From Lingula anatina (taxonomy: Eukaryota > Animalia > Brachiopoda): a stretch of DNA of 64,000 nt. A model generated the notes under the pieces. The model was not told where the DNA came from and ran no database searches. It worked only from the letters and a program-made list of their open reading frames with translations. Every line of letters starts with the position of its first letter. The first letter of the stretch is position 1. The stretch spans positions 16,868,848 through 16,932,847 of the forward strand of contig CM120643.1 in NCBI GenBank assembly GCA_051362555.1, written 5' to 3'. This document shows, one piece after another, positions 51,101 through 64,000 of the stretch. Position numbers and translations under genes: made by a program.

Positions 51101-51904
51101 GCTAGGAAAAATAAAACAAATTTTGCAAGTTTTGAACAAAGTAAAATATTTGCCAATTTATTATTGTCAAAATGGATTATTTACAGCATTAATTTTCTTA
51201 CAAAAATGATGAAAATATCACATTTTGTACTCTAAATTAATATTATCTTAAATCAAATCATACAAACAGAAGACAAAAAAACAAGACGAAGATTTTATGC
51301 ATTTTGAAATTTTACTAAAAGACAATCCTTTGATTTACGAAAAAAGTTCAGGCTCGTAACATTCGAAAGACTTTGGCAAGAACTGATGATAGACAAATGG
51401 ATTTTTGAACAAATATTACTTGGCAAATTTTTGTCGAAGTTGACCAAAGTGCCTTGTCTTCATCGAATTCCGTCCAAATGCAGAGGTTGTAACAATTTTA
51501 AAAATGCATATAATCTGGTGTACGCGTCATTCGCTCGTGCACTAATGTACGCGTGCATGTAAGCACACCTCGTCTTATGTCGTCTTGTTGATGTTTGCAC
51601 ACCAAATCGAACTTCCAAAACTTCTTCATGTTTGTAAGATTCCTGGATGTTTTGCCAATGGATATTTTTCATTTTTGTTTTCTTTGCACTAAATCCGAAA
51701 ATAAATATCATACAGTGCGTAATTGTGGATGAAAATTTACATTTCCATAGCACGGGAATCAGGAGCGACATAAAGACATGGGAGGCTTACAAGATTATCC
51801 AAGTCTTTGCCAAATTCAGAATAATATACAAACAAAACTGAAAAGGTTACGCACAAATTGGTGTACTTGAAGTTACTTTTCACATTCAAAAAAAGTAAAA
51901 TTAA

Positions 51905-52779
51905 CTCTGGTTCTCGGTGTTAAGTGATGACACTAAGCACAAATAACACACCATGGGCTTGCAGGACTGATATCTAACCAAGCCTGTCGTTCTCAAACAC
52001 CGCTTGCTCCCGAAAAAATTTTAATCTAAGAATCTAGAACAACTTTAATTAGTACGCTCCTCTGCACATTTAAGGCATGTTTTTCACTTTAAAAATTCAA
52101 ACCAAACTAAGTATTTAGGTTTACATAAACTTTGGTAGAATATCGAATTTGCCATTTAGAGGGAAAAATACTTTGAAATAACATTTTTAGATGACAATTC
52201 CACAAAATTCTTAAATAACTGACCAAACTGTAAGAAAGGACTCAAGTGTAACAGACAATAATAAATCCTATAATCTAATTTTAAAAATTCATAGATTTTG
52301 TATAAGAATCATTAATTGTTCACTATCTTTATGAGCAAAACTGTCTAAAGTTGGCGGTCTAAAATTAATTGAATCCTTTCAGAATATTCATTACCTCCCG
52401 AAAATTGGGCTTTGTGACAACTCAAGTGATTTTGAAAACATGGAATGCAAAAGGCTTTGATTAATATCATTTCTACAGAAACATTTTAATGGACAAACGA
52501 AATCAAAAAGAAATCCATTTCCGTTTTTTTTTTCGACACTTCTGTTTTGTAATAGAAGTTCTAAACGGCATATAAATGATCTCAATCCTGGGAAATTTTG
52601 TAGCTAACTATAGGAACAGTTTTCTTATCATATACGCAACAAAGATCTCCATTCTACTACTGCAATATTAAATCAATTTTCATTTCGGATGGCAATCTTT
52701 ATCCAACCCCATTGTTTAACTTAGTTTCAAAAACAGACAATTGACCCCCGCTCAGCACTGATAACACCGAGAACCAGAG
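51905..52779. mobile_element. piggyBac-like non-autonomous element (~875 bp)
   Basis: Perfect 18-bp TIRs CTCTGGTTCTCGGTGTTA / TAACACCGAGAACCAGAG. TTAA on the left flank; the right flank is degenerate (gaaa). Confidence 0.65.
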
Positions 52780-55700
52780 GAAATTTACTCACATAAATTT
52801 GAAAACATCGTTACACATGTGGACAATTCTGCAATAACGTGGGCACTTTTTGCCCGTGACATAATGTTGCGATTTCTAAGGCGTTATACGTTTTATTAAC
52901 AGTGTCTTTGTAGATTTTATACCTCTCCCCTTTTTCGACTGAACACGATAAATGTAATCAAAAGTTTCCTATATACAATTTACGCAATGAGTTTGCGATG
53001 TCTTTCCTTCCCAGAAGGCATCATCATTTAAAACGAATAAGAGTACATCTTCAAGTTCACAGCGAGGTGTCAAGTTGCAAATTTGCCCACACACATATTT
53101 TCAGTAATAAAAAGAAAAAATCTCTTCTTGTTAATTAATATTTGATACTTTTAAAACAACCACTTAATCATTTTATACAGTTAAACGAGAACTTCAAATT
53201 AAGTTTCAGGTTCGAAAAGGGATGGGTATCAACCCCGACCCAAAAGTATACAGAAATTGCCCTCAAAGCATCATGATCAGATAGAGCACTGTGCTATGAC
53301 ATAGTAACATACAATTACCAAAAGAAGCAAACCAGCACATGCAGGGCGGACGCTTAGTACGGATTCAATTTTTATGAGTTTATTAAATGAAAGCTACTTT
53401 TATTCAACTTCTATTTTGATATACGTTTTGGACCAGAATGTAACAACCAAAAGCAAACATAACCTTCCGTACTAAATATCGCCCCTGCAAATTAACGAGC
53501 AGACAAACGTCGACATAGGAGGCAATCTTGGCATGGGTGTGGGGCTGTATATGTCGAACACGAAACGCGTCCCTGAGTAGGAGGCTCGTGGTATCTTCGT
53601 AAACGGTACTTAGAGTCACTGGAATTAAAGGAATAAATTCACATAAATGAAACTATGTCTAAAGATCTGATAAAGCAGTACATGTTCATTACAGCTATTC
53701 GTGTCAGTATCCTCCGCGTTATAATTAACAAATCGCAATTAAACTTTAAAATTATACAAATATAGGCCCCTATATATATTCATATTTAATCCTCATGGAA
53801 AGCTAATGGTATCAGAAACAAAAGGTTGCCCAAAAGGCACCGAGGGAAAGCAAAGATAACGTATCCTTCAAGTCAGTTAGATGTCCCCATGGTCACTATG
53901 CCTAGAGTGCACCATTTTGAGGAAATTATCGCCAATGCAAAACTAAGAAATGCTACTTTACATTTTCTATCAGCTGTACGGAACTTACGAGATACTGCGG
54001 CCGGTTTCAGTACCAACTTTTCGGTCTACATGTGGCAATAGCAGAAATATGGCATGGGCCATCTTTCTTCTCCATCTTCTACTGACCTTGGTCCTATCTG
54101 AGCACTTCTCACCAAAACGCTCACCTGATTTACATAATGATGAAGTGATCACCTATTTTCAGTGCGCGCGCTTCGCTTTGGACTATAGTCTGTTTTATGA
54201 GAAGGCACAATAAGTCTCCCTATCGAAAAGAGGAACACTACAACAACAAAATAAATAAATAGAAAAAAATAAGCAAATAAAAATAACAACGCATTTTCAA
54301 GGTCAACATACTTGATATTGCGAGACTGGGCATATCAATCAGCTTTCATAGGTCGAATGAACGAACTGGGGCGGAATTGTGATTGAAAAGACAGGATTTT
54401 CATTCAATCTTACGGTACAGCGTTACCGTAAGGTTATTGATAATTCTTCTTTCATTCTCCCTTTCTTTCTTTATACTTCTTGAAACATAGACGGACACTT
54501 TAAAAGGAAAACGTTTGAAATTAGCGTCTAGTTTCTAGTTTCCAGTTTCGTTTTTTTCAAAAACGAACCTGGCAACCAGAAAATAGTGTCGTTTTTCAAA
54601 AACGATACTTGGAAATAAATCCAGCAAGACAATAATTCATAGCTTAATTAAACACTGCTTTTTTTATTTCTCAATAATTCAACGAATTGAGCGGTGCCTG
54701 AAGAAAGGAAAACCGTGCGTTATTTATCTTCGGATAAATGACCCATTATTCAGTCACACTTTTCACTCTCTTATGACCAAACAAGTGCATTTTTACTCGT
54801 TTATATGGTTGGAATCGATTCTCGGTAAAAAAAAAAAGTACAAGAAAGTTTTCTGATGCGTTTTCACTGACTGTCAGTATATATCCAATGTTTGAAGTTG
54901 GAAGCTTGCTTCAAGTAAATAAATAAAAAACAAGCTATCTTCAAAATTTTAAAGGAAAACAATACATAATGGAAAGCACTGCTAAAATACACGAGTCCAT
55001 GCAATGTCAGGAGAGCGCGAGTGAGTGACGTGCAGACGACAGGTAAGCTCAAACAATAGCGGATGTAGGTTTTCTATGGGAATGTTGTACTTGTTTACAT
55101 TAGAAGAAAAGCTGGGTGTAGGGAAAAAGATACGCGTTCGTCAAAATTAAGAGGTAACTTTCAATAAAAAATTGGTAGTTTCAATAGCACTGCTTTGCCC
55201 TTCGACCAGACCACACTTTGGCCTAAATCCAGTCGCTACACACCGAAGTTATATTTTGTTAAATTAACGATGAAAAATATTTTATTTTCCAATTTTCATG
55301 CGTCGAAACTGATCAGCAATAATGTAACTGAATATTTTTTGTAACGGTTTGTCGGCTGGTTAATGATGCTACTGTGATGTGGTCTTTCAAATCAGAAGTT
55401 TGTAGTGAAGTGCAGTAAACGACATCATTCATCAGATTAGATTTTATATAATATTAATAATAATAATAATAATTTATTTTTCAAATTGCAACCATCATGA
55501 GTCTGTGTTGTAGACGAACATAAAAAACCTCGCAAACATTTATCCACAAGCAAGTAGCCGTTCCATTTCAGACTTTTAACAACACTTGAAATATGTATAT
55601 ATCTCTCCCGTATCAATATTGCTGTAAAAAAACCATATCCCCTCAACGTGAAATCCCATATCCCTATTTTCTTCACTCCTGTCCCCGAAGCTGTGCACTC

Positions 55701-55932
55701 CCTAATATCACCCCACCCCATCCTCCACTACACAGATTACCGGAAGAAAAAAAGAATGAAAAATTGACAGTCCGGTATCTCTATGATGTGCAGACTTCAG
55801 TGAACACTTGTTAAAGATTTTAGTTCCCTAAAAAGACTCTTGCACTTCATGGCCTCCTTGCCGAAATACATGTAGACCCCTAAAGCAGACTCCAAAACCT
55901 CAAGGCCTCCTTGATGCAAAGCGTGTAGACCC

Positions 55933-58900
55933 CTACAGTCCCCTCATTCCCTTGAGAACACTGACAAGCCTTCGTGGCATATTTTCTGACTCCTCGTCAA
56001 AGTTGTCTTTGCTGCACTTCAGTAATGTTTCAATGTTCTTTACTGTCTCTGAGGGTTGGAGGCCAAGATCATCCAGGACATTTGATAAATAGTCTGTAAA
56101 ATAAGACAATGCTTTTTTTTTTATGAAAATAGACAGTTTAATCTACAGATATTAAAGATGAACTTCATTTGATTTTGACCTGCTCTGAATACATTAAAAT
56201 TAGACAAAGATTCATGCAAGACTTCCTGTTTTCATGTACCTTGCGTAAAAACGTCTACTGACAATAAGCAATGTGTTACTTGGTGCTGTATATTAAACTT
56301 GAACTAATCATAAGGCCTCTTAAGGAAGACCTTATAATGGTGTATTATTTATTTTAATTCTTATTTTCTTTATTACAGTTTGTCCTTTAAATAAGATAAA
56401 CTTTTATGTATGTATGTACATGAACCTTGATGGTCCAAAGTATAATCAACTATACCATACAAACACAAAACTGGCATCCCAGTTTTTACGTGATCTTTAT
56501 GTTTTATCAACCTTGAGGCACATTTACCTATGTCTGTGACTAGCTGCCTTGATGCATGCGCCGTTATTTCAGGAATCTTGAGAATCTCCTCACAATACAT
56601 GTGCATGGCTCCACGTGCCATGGACTCCAGCCACAGGTCTGCTATCTGTTCAAAGGACTCTGTGGAATAAATTGATTTAAGGATTTCTACATCATATTCA
56701 GTAGGCTTTTCTTTATCAGCAAAGTGTCAGTGATGTTGTCTGAAAGCTTACAATCACACTAGCAAAAATGCTTATCGTTTTCTGTCTTTCAGTCATCAGA
56801 TATACTGAGAACTTTGAAAAAATTACAATGTCAGCCATGTCCAGCAACTGTCTGAAAAACAGGCTTAAGTTTAAATGTCTTAAAGCTCCACTGCAATACT
56901 ACTTTCTTTGTTTTTAAAAATTTAATTTCTGACAATTGTGTAGCTGTACTTTGCCATTTCTTCTCATACCGAGTTAAATGTATAGAGGAGTAGGCATGCT
57001 ATTTCAAAACAAAGGTTGGTTTAAATAAACAAAGCTTTGTAAAATATTTCAATCTGCCTAGGTGGATTTAAAATCTGCCTGGATTTCAATCTTCCCTGTG
57101 ACATATACATTAGACAGGCAATGATTGTAAGAAACACTTTAGAAAAGTAATAACAGGGTAAATATAATTATAAATTGTCCACAACAGGCTGGTTGGCTTA
57201 AATTCAGTTATATCAATCTTACAAACTACCTCATTTCTAGAGATCTCACTTTCCCTACTGCAATTTTACACAACATCGCTTTTCATGTTACAAGTGTCAC
57301 ATTTCCAACCACCATTTACCACACACCTTGTTCCTCAGTGTATGGTAGCTTCCCATGTTTTACGGCCACCAGCAGAGCTGGGTTGTCTTGAGTTGTGAAG
57401 GGCTCTAAATGCTGCGGAATGGTCATCAAATATTGACCAACCTGGAAAAAAAATGTATCTTACTCTTAAATAAATTCAAGCTTTTGTCCTATTGTCTTAA
57501 TAATTATGCAGAAAAGTTTGTTTTTTTTTGGCTATCCAAGATGTTACACACACTATGATACTATGATTCTGTCAATGTGTTCATTATTAAAAACTTATCA
57601 TAGGCTTATCTACTCAAATTTGAAGTTATTAACTACATACCACAACCGTTTTTACATGCAGCAAAACGTAGCTTTGTTTTCTTCAGGCTTTTTAGTTACG
57701 TAATTCTCTCAAACTGTCCAAACTGTTTTATAAAACATGCATTATACACATTTTAAAAAATGGTTTCTTGATTAACAACGTCTATCAATAAATGAGTGTT
57801 GAGACAGTAACAATACTGTCAAAGACTCCATTCCCATAGACACATCATCTGTCTATGTGAATCTACTCTCACTGACTGCAGTCAGTTTTCACTGAATGCC
57901 ATTCCTCCTCCTGGTGTTAAGAAGAAGACAAAAAAAAAAAAAATAATAAAAAGCTGGTAATTATGCAAGTACACTGGAAACAAGAGGTGTGTCATTCAGT
58001 TAAGCTAACTGCTCTTAGATGTCTATGGGATTGGGGTCTTAGCTCTCACAATCACACACTGATGAACACAGTCCAGTCCAGAAAGGAATAAGAGGGACTG
58101 TGGCAAGTGTTAACATACCTGGGTGATGTATTCCTGTGGAGAGAGGCTAAATGTAGGCAGGTCAGCGGTCAGGGCACCCCCAGCACTGGCACTGGTCCAT
58201 ATCTGGACAGAAATATAATTGAAAATGACCACAGTTATGAAAACTATTAATGTCGGAAATTAAATAATAATACTGGCAATGTTAAGTTGTGGGAAATACT
58301 GATGGGTATATATCATAAACTATTGATAAGGAGGTTAGATTTGAGATCTGGTATAAATCTGGATTAAACATCTCAAATAAATTATACATTATAATAAATC
58401 ATAACTGTTACAGTAAATAATCAAGAAAAAATAACATATTTTTTAAAGTTATGTAAAAGAGTTGGAAAGGAAAGTTATCACTTCTGATAATTGCATACCA
58501 AACAGTATTTATTAGTGTGTCCATTTAAAATTTTAACAAAAGTTTGCATTTTTTTGAAGAGGGGTGCTTAAATTTATCAATAGGATGATAAAAGTATTAA
58601 ATGATATTCAGGGAAGTCCTCCACCTATTATATATGAACAACTCATACCTCCATTGTGGAGACTTCCTGCAAATGTTCCTTGATCTGTGCAAACACGATG
58701 TCAAAGGCAAACCTGTGCGCATCCACGCTCAATGCAGAGAAATCTTTTTTCACAACTTCCAGTACTGACGGCATCTCTACAGAAGTAATCACATATTAGT
58801 AAAAACATGTGAGGCTATTTTGAAAACAATGCAGGTGAGTAATGTATTAAAATTATTGACATAGGAGTAAGTGAACTATGGTGAATTTGGCTTGTTGTAG

Positions 58901-61900
58901 AATACTTCCTCCTTTTTTTTCATATTTTCAATTCTATACAATTACAGCATGTATTCAAACATCTAATCAGTCAATTGGACAGTTGTGATATAAATATTTA
59001 AAGAATATTGGAATTTGCTAGAGTTTTCAATATTACAACATGTATTCAAATATATAATCAGTTCATTAAAAATTCTGATATATACAGATATAACATAAGC
59101 CTCAACAAAGGTTATCAATCCCAGTTATTCATCACCTGCATCTAGCTAAGTTACTGAAAGTTCTGGTGCTATTCCAGAACTATAATAACATTTAATTAAA
59201 ATATGCAAATATCTACTACTTATTTCACAAAGTTCTGACTAAAAATATACTACAGAGTTTTGGTATTGACAAAAGGTATCAACATCTCACCTTCTTCCAG
59301 TTTAGTAACTAGCAGTTCCAGTGCTTCTCTATCCTCCACTCTCTCTATCAGAAGCTCTGTGTACTGGTGAAATGGATTGACCCTCAGTCTGAATATGAAA
59401 CATGGATTCTCTCAGGATTTTTGCAATAAAAATATGATTACATATACTAGCAAGCACTTTATTTTAAATGATGTGCTTTCAAGACGTGAAATATATGATA
59501 AAATCAAGAGCATAAAACTAATTATATGATTACAAATCATACATTAACAAGGCAGCAAAGCTGTCAAATGTAACAGGAAATAACTATGCACAAAATAGGC
59601 TACTGTCAATTCTGATGCAAAAGTACATTATGTTAAACTGCAAATTCAACATCAAATTTTAATTATGCTCAACAGGTAATACCAATATAAGTAAAATGTG
59701 TAACAAGTTCACACTTTGAAAATGTACAACTTCCAGAAAAAGAAGCCAATTAGACTGCTTTTCCAACTCAGGCTGCATTTTAGTCCCGTATTTCTTTTTT
59801 GAAAATTTGGCAATCATAAGTAACATGGTTTTTCCATAATGGTCATAATGGCAACAGCACCCAAAATTGTGTTTTCTTCTATTCTGATGCCATATTACAT
59901 AATGGTTAACAGCATAATGACCGTCAATTTTTAATAAAAAAATATACGTATCATGGATTTTCAGAAAATGTGACTAGCATGGGTCTTCAAGCCCGTGGAA
60001 CTTTAAAGTCACACCTTGAAAATGCCAATATGTGAAAAATTAAATTTTCACAAAAAAAAACTGTTTAAACTGGCAGTAAGAATTACCAAACAGACTGCAT
60101 TGCCTACTGAAGCTGTATTCTAGTCCCATGTTTCTTTCCTGTAAGTTTGAAGACAGTAAGTGACACGGTTTTTCTTAAATGGTCATCATGGGAGCAGTGC
60201 CCAAAATAGTTTTTTTTTTAAATTTTGATGCAATATTACATAATGTTTAACAGCATAATGACCATCAATTTTTAATAATAAAATATTAGTATCATGGATA
60301 TTCAGAAAATGTGACTAGCAAAGGTCTTCAGGCCCATGGAACTTCAAAGTCACAACTTGAAAATGCCAAAATGTAAACAAGACAGCACTGTTCTGAAATT
60401 TTTTTTCCCCATTTTTAACACTTTTTTAAACATAAAACAAAATAAACAGTTTACTGCAATTTTTATATGATCAACAAAGAAAATTGATGAGATGGGAAAA
60501 ATATCAATAGAGCAGTGTTAAATGTCCAATTTCTTCCATTCTGAGATTCTGAACATAGTGAATGATTGAATCTGACAAACTGCAATAATATGAGTTTATT
60601 TCCATTTTTGAAACTTTATTACACAATACACGATAACAAGTTTACCATCATTTTTACAAAATCAACTAACAATGTTGTAAAGATGCAGGAAATGTCAAAC
60701 AAAAACTTTTACGTATCTTATTAGTTTAATAATGAGACTGTTAACATGCCTAAGAATTGAATCTGAGGAAATATGAAAAAACAGCTTAACTTCTAAAATA
60801 ATGGCACGATTATGCTGATTTTCGAACTCAACCTGCGTTTTAGTAAGATTGACCACTCCTGTGAGTTTAATGACAATTGGCCAATCTGTTTTTCTTATAT
60901 TGTGTTTACAGTGTTGCATATATGCTGAAAAATGAAAAAACAGCATAACTACTAAAATAGTGGCCCGATCATGCCAATTTTCGAACTTGACCTGCATTTT
61001 AGTAAGATTGATTACTCCTGTGAGTTTCATGACAACAGGCCTAATGGTTTTCCCTAAAATGTGTTTACAGGGTTGCATATATGCTGAAAAGTGAAAAACA
61101 GCATAACTTCTACAATAATGGCCTGATCATGCTGATTTTCGAACTTGGCCTGTGTTTTATGAATATTCATCAGCTCTGTAAATATAAAGCCAAAAAGTAA
61201 AACTGCTCTCCACTTATCGTGTTTACAAGGAAAGTGCACGGCACTGGCGACGGCGACGGCGACGACAGACGCAGGTGATGGCAATATGTACAGACACATC
61301 TGTGTCTGTACATAAAAATATGACTGAATAGTAAAATGATTTAAATTGATTCAAAACAGTTTGGAAATTGATGGCTAGGAATATAGTTTACCGTATTTCT
61401 CCCCCAATTTTCGGAGTTGAGGGTGTCTGTTTGCCAATGGAATGTAGTATATTGCTCATCAAACTATCATCCAACTCTTCTACATGCAGGATTAGTTCTC
61501 CTGGAAACACAGTGTGCAAAAATAAATAAATTATTATAATAATTCTTTTAAAACTACTTATAAAATTGATTTACTTTTAACCAAAATCAACAAGGGCTTA
61601 TCTTAAAGATGGCTGACTGGAAAATATTGAGAGTTAGTTTTTAAACATCGTTTTTTTACTCTAGTTTTCACTTATAATATATTCCTTGAAATTTCATGCC
61701 ATGTCATGTTTTGGTGGTTTCACAAAATAGTGATGACTTTAATATCATTTTATCAAATAACATTTTCAAAATAAAAATATCATTGTCCAACTCTCAAACT
61801 GACCACAAGTCTGTATAATCCGTAGAGAGTGCTGGAAGAGTGCCCAAGGGTCATTGTCACCCATTTTGATCTTCTCTCTCAGATTGGTCAACACGCGGCG

Positions 61901-63871
61901 GAATTCCTTCCCGTAGTTTACAAAATAGTTCTGTAAAGATAACAAAGCATGGTTCTTAGTATGTCCATATGTATTGTGCCTTTATTTCAAATATCTAAAA
62001 TTTAACTTTCAACCATTTTTTAAAAGAAAAGGCGATTATGGGATGTTTCTCCTATGGTTGCTTTCTTTAAATATCATACTCCTAAAATTTTAAGTCACTG
62101 TTATATTAGAAATTATTATTTTGGTATGCAATTTGAAAGCTTTATTTTACCTTTAAAGCTTGTAATAGGCTGATGTAACCACATCCGTGAGTTAACTTTA
62201 GGCATCTTTCATTGCCCTGAAAAGATAATTATAATACATCTCAATCATTAAATTTTATCAATTAAAACGACATACAAATAAACTGATGTAAAATACTTGT
62301 CATTATACTTTGGATGAATGAAAAAAACAAACAGCATTGTGCATTTAAATGATTGCAGTGTATTTCAGTAGTACCTTGTTTGCTGCAGAAAATAGTTTGT
62401 TGACAGATTCTCCCAAAACTCTCACTGAGTCCATAACCTCTTGCTTGTCCTGTATATAACATGGAAATGACATAGTTAGGCAGTTAATGAGAAGCAGCAG
62501 AAACCTCAGGTTGTGAAAGAAACTACTAAATCTTTCAGGAAGATTAACAATACTGCAATAGGAACATTACATTACTTCAATATCTTATCTTGAGAATTGA
62601 GAAATTTACAGTTTGTTATTTAAAAATCTACCTTTATAAAGACATGTCTACATCTATCCATGGATGCTTCGTAACAAATATGAATACTGATTTATTAAAA
62701 ATGAATTTTATTATTTTCCTTTTTGTTTCCTATATGAATTCTTTATTTATATAAAACACTTACAAAAAACCTTCAACCTGCTGTAGCTATTTGCTTAGAT
62801 AAACAAGGCTCAACTAACCAGTGGAATGTTATTTAAATGTGTGCTCAGTGCTGCCTCCTCGTAGTTCTCATATCTCTGTACATATGACCTATAGGGGGCG
62901 TATATGGCCATGGCCAGGGTGGTGGCGTATTCACTTCCCAGAGGTCCCTCTGCATGACTTTCAAGAGCGGTCTCGATACTTTTTGCAAACCTTTCTGAGA
63001 CCTAAAATATTCATCATTTCATAGCATCATTAAATTAAACCAAACAAAAATTAGTATAAATGTGTGTATATAGTAGTCAATTGTAACCTACATTTCTATT
63101 GAAATTTTTCATGACCTGAATTATTATAAGGTTATTTCTGCAGGTTTTAATTGAACTAAATAAATAAATAGTATCAGTTTATGCTTATTGTAGTGAAGGG
63201 CAATTCATGATTTAATTTTTTGTGTCCACATACTTGAAGCACCTCCATCAATGCGTCCAATGGGCTGCTTTTGCTTTCCAGGAAGTTAGCAATGCAGTAT
63301 GGGATAGATGGTTCCATGGCCGCCAAAGTTTCTGTTAACAACTGGCTGACAATCTTCTCTGGTTCCTTGAAAACCTGACTGCACCACTGCACCTGATGGC
63401 AATAAATTTGTAAAGAATTATTAAAAAATGAATCAATATTTAATTGGATGAGCCAAAATTGTGGATGGTAAGGTGTATTCACGGGATGGATGCAAATTTT
63501 TTCTCTAACAATGTCTCTTCCAGACAGAGCTAGTAAATGATAAGTGTGGATTTGTACAAGGTTGATGTGCATCAGTTAGGAGGGCAGGGAAGGCAAGTTG
63601 AGGTCACCAATGATGAAAGGTCATTGGTCATTGATAAGGAAATCCAAGAGGAAAAGACCGTCTGAAAAAGTTACAAAAAAAAAAAAAAAAAAAAAAAAGA
63701 AAAAAAAAATCCACCACTAGACACTCGCAACCCGTCCTAAATCTCCACACCTGCACTCACCTGTGTGTGCCAAGTTGAAAACATCTGGTCATAGAACTCT
63801 GACAGCCACTCTACCACAGTCTCTTCTTGGTTGGTCTCCACTATTGTCTTCCACTGATTTAGCAGCTGAGT
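55933..63871 (-). CDS. COG7: Conserved oligomeric Golgi complex subunit 7, last 13 exons; 5' part lies beyond the window
   Basis: Exons 63871-63761, 63392-63234, 63001-62819, 62449-62375, 62216-62151, 61930-61804, 61500-61392, 59388-59291, 58776-58649, 58202-58119, 57441-57327, 56659-56528 and 56093-55933 join in phase. Peptides [59 protein letters not shown] and QLVTDIDYLSNVLDDLGLQPS match COG7. Confidence 0.95.
57823..58039. mobile_element. Degenerate foldback MITE in a COG7 intron
   Basis: agactccattcccatagaca ... tgtctatgggattggggtct, with inner arms actgaatg / cattcagt. Confidence 0.6.
59546..61318 (-). mobile_element. Helentron/DINE-1-like element, copy 2 (inverted), in a COG7 intron
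   Basis: Reverse complement of the 30456-32318 family, with the same 5' hairpin (61287-61312), ~160-bp units, ~355-bp units and the 3' end catttgacagctttgctgccttgtt. Confidence 0.85.
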
Positions 63872-64000
63872 CTGGAAAATAAGTAGGAAATAGAAAACCA
63901 GGTCCAATCTAAAATTATGTGCATCAGTTCAGACTTGTGATATTCCAAGAGAAATTTGGCTACTCAATCCCATGGTTATGACTAGCTTTTTGGGCTCCTT

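Noticed and set aside
60695-61299. 127-aa and 81-aa ORFs with internal repeats
   Set aside because: Translations of the HINE ~160-bp units, with no Rep or helicase motifs.
62892-62952. GGGGCGTA...GCCAGGG stretch resembling a MITE end
   Set aside because: It lies inside COG7 coding exon 63001-62819.

Overview
AT-rich, intron-containing animal genomic DNA. The repeat families and the CpG pattern look like a marine invertebrate, possibly a lophotrochozoan (inference). Five spliced genes can be built with consistent GT-AG phases: (1) the 3' end of a BtpA/SgcQ-family gene (+, 138-2687); (2) a complete TP53INP/DOR autophagy-regulator gene (-, CDS 7382-10865, putative non-coding first exon ending at 18737); (3) a complete C19orf12 homolog (+, 19795-21498), which shares a motif-dense bidirectional promoter with TP53INP; (4) an unrecognised gene with 10 coding exons encoding about 547 aa with an acidic tail (+, 36556-44836); (5) the last 13 exons of COG7 (-, 55933-63871). 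Introns and intergenic DNA hold many non-autonomous DNA transposons: Harbinger-like palindromic MITEs, a 2.4-kb CACTA/EnSpm-like element with subterminal arrays, two inverted Helentron/DINE-1-like elements with internal satellites, CAGG-ended MITEs with 5-bp TSDs, and piggyBac- and Kolobok-like relics. The most unusual signals are a dense GUCACA cluster in the TP53INP 3'UTR, the shared promoter, a triple tRNA-like Pol III cassette near 50.7-51.1 kb, and a dual-frame start exon in the unknown gene. No CRISPR array, rRNA or intact transposase was seen. All calls were made by eye; no searches were run.
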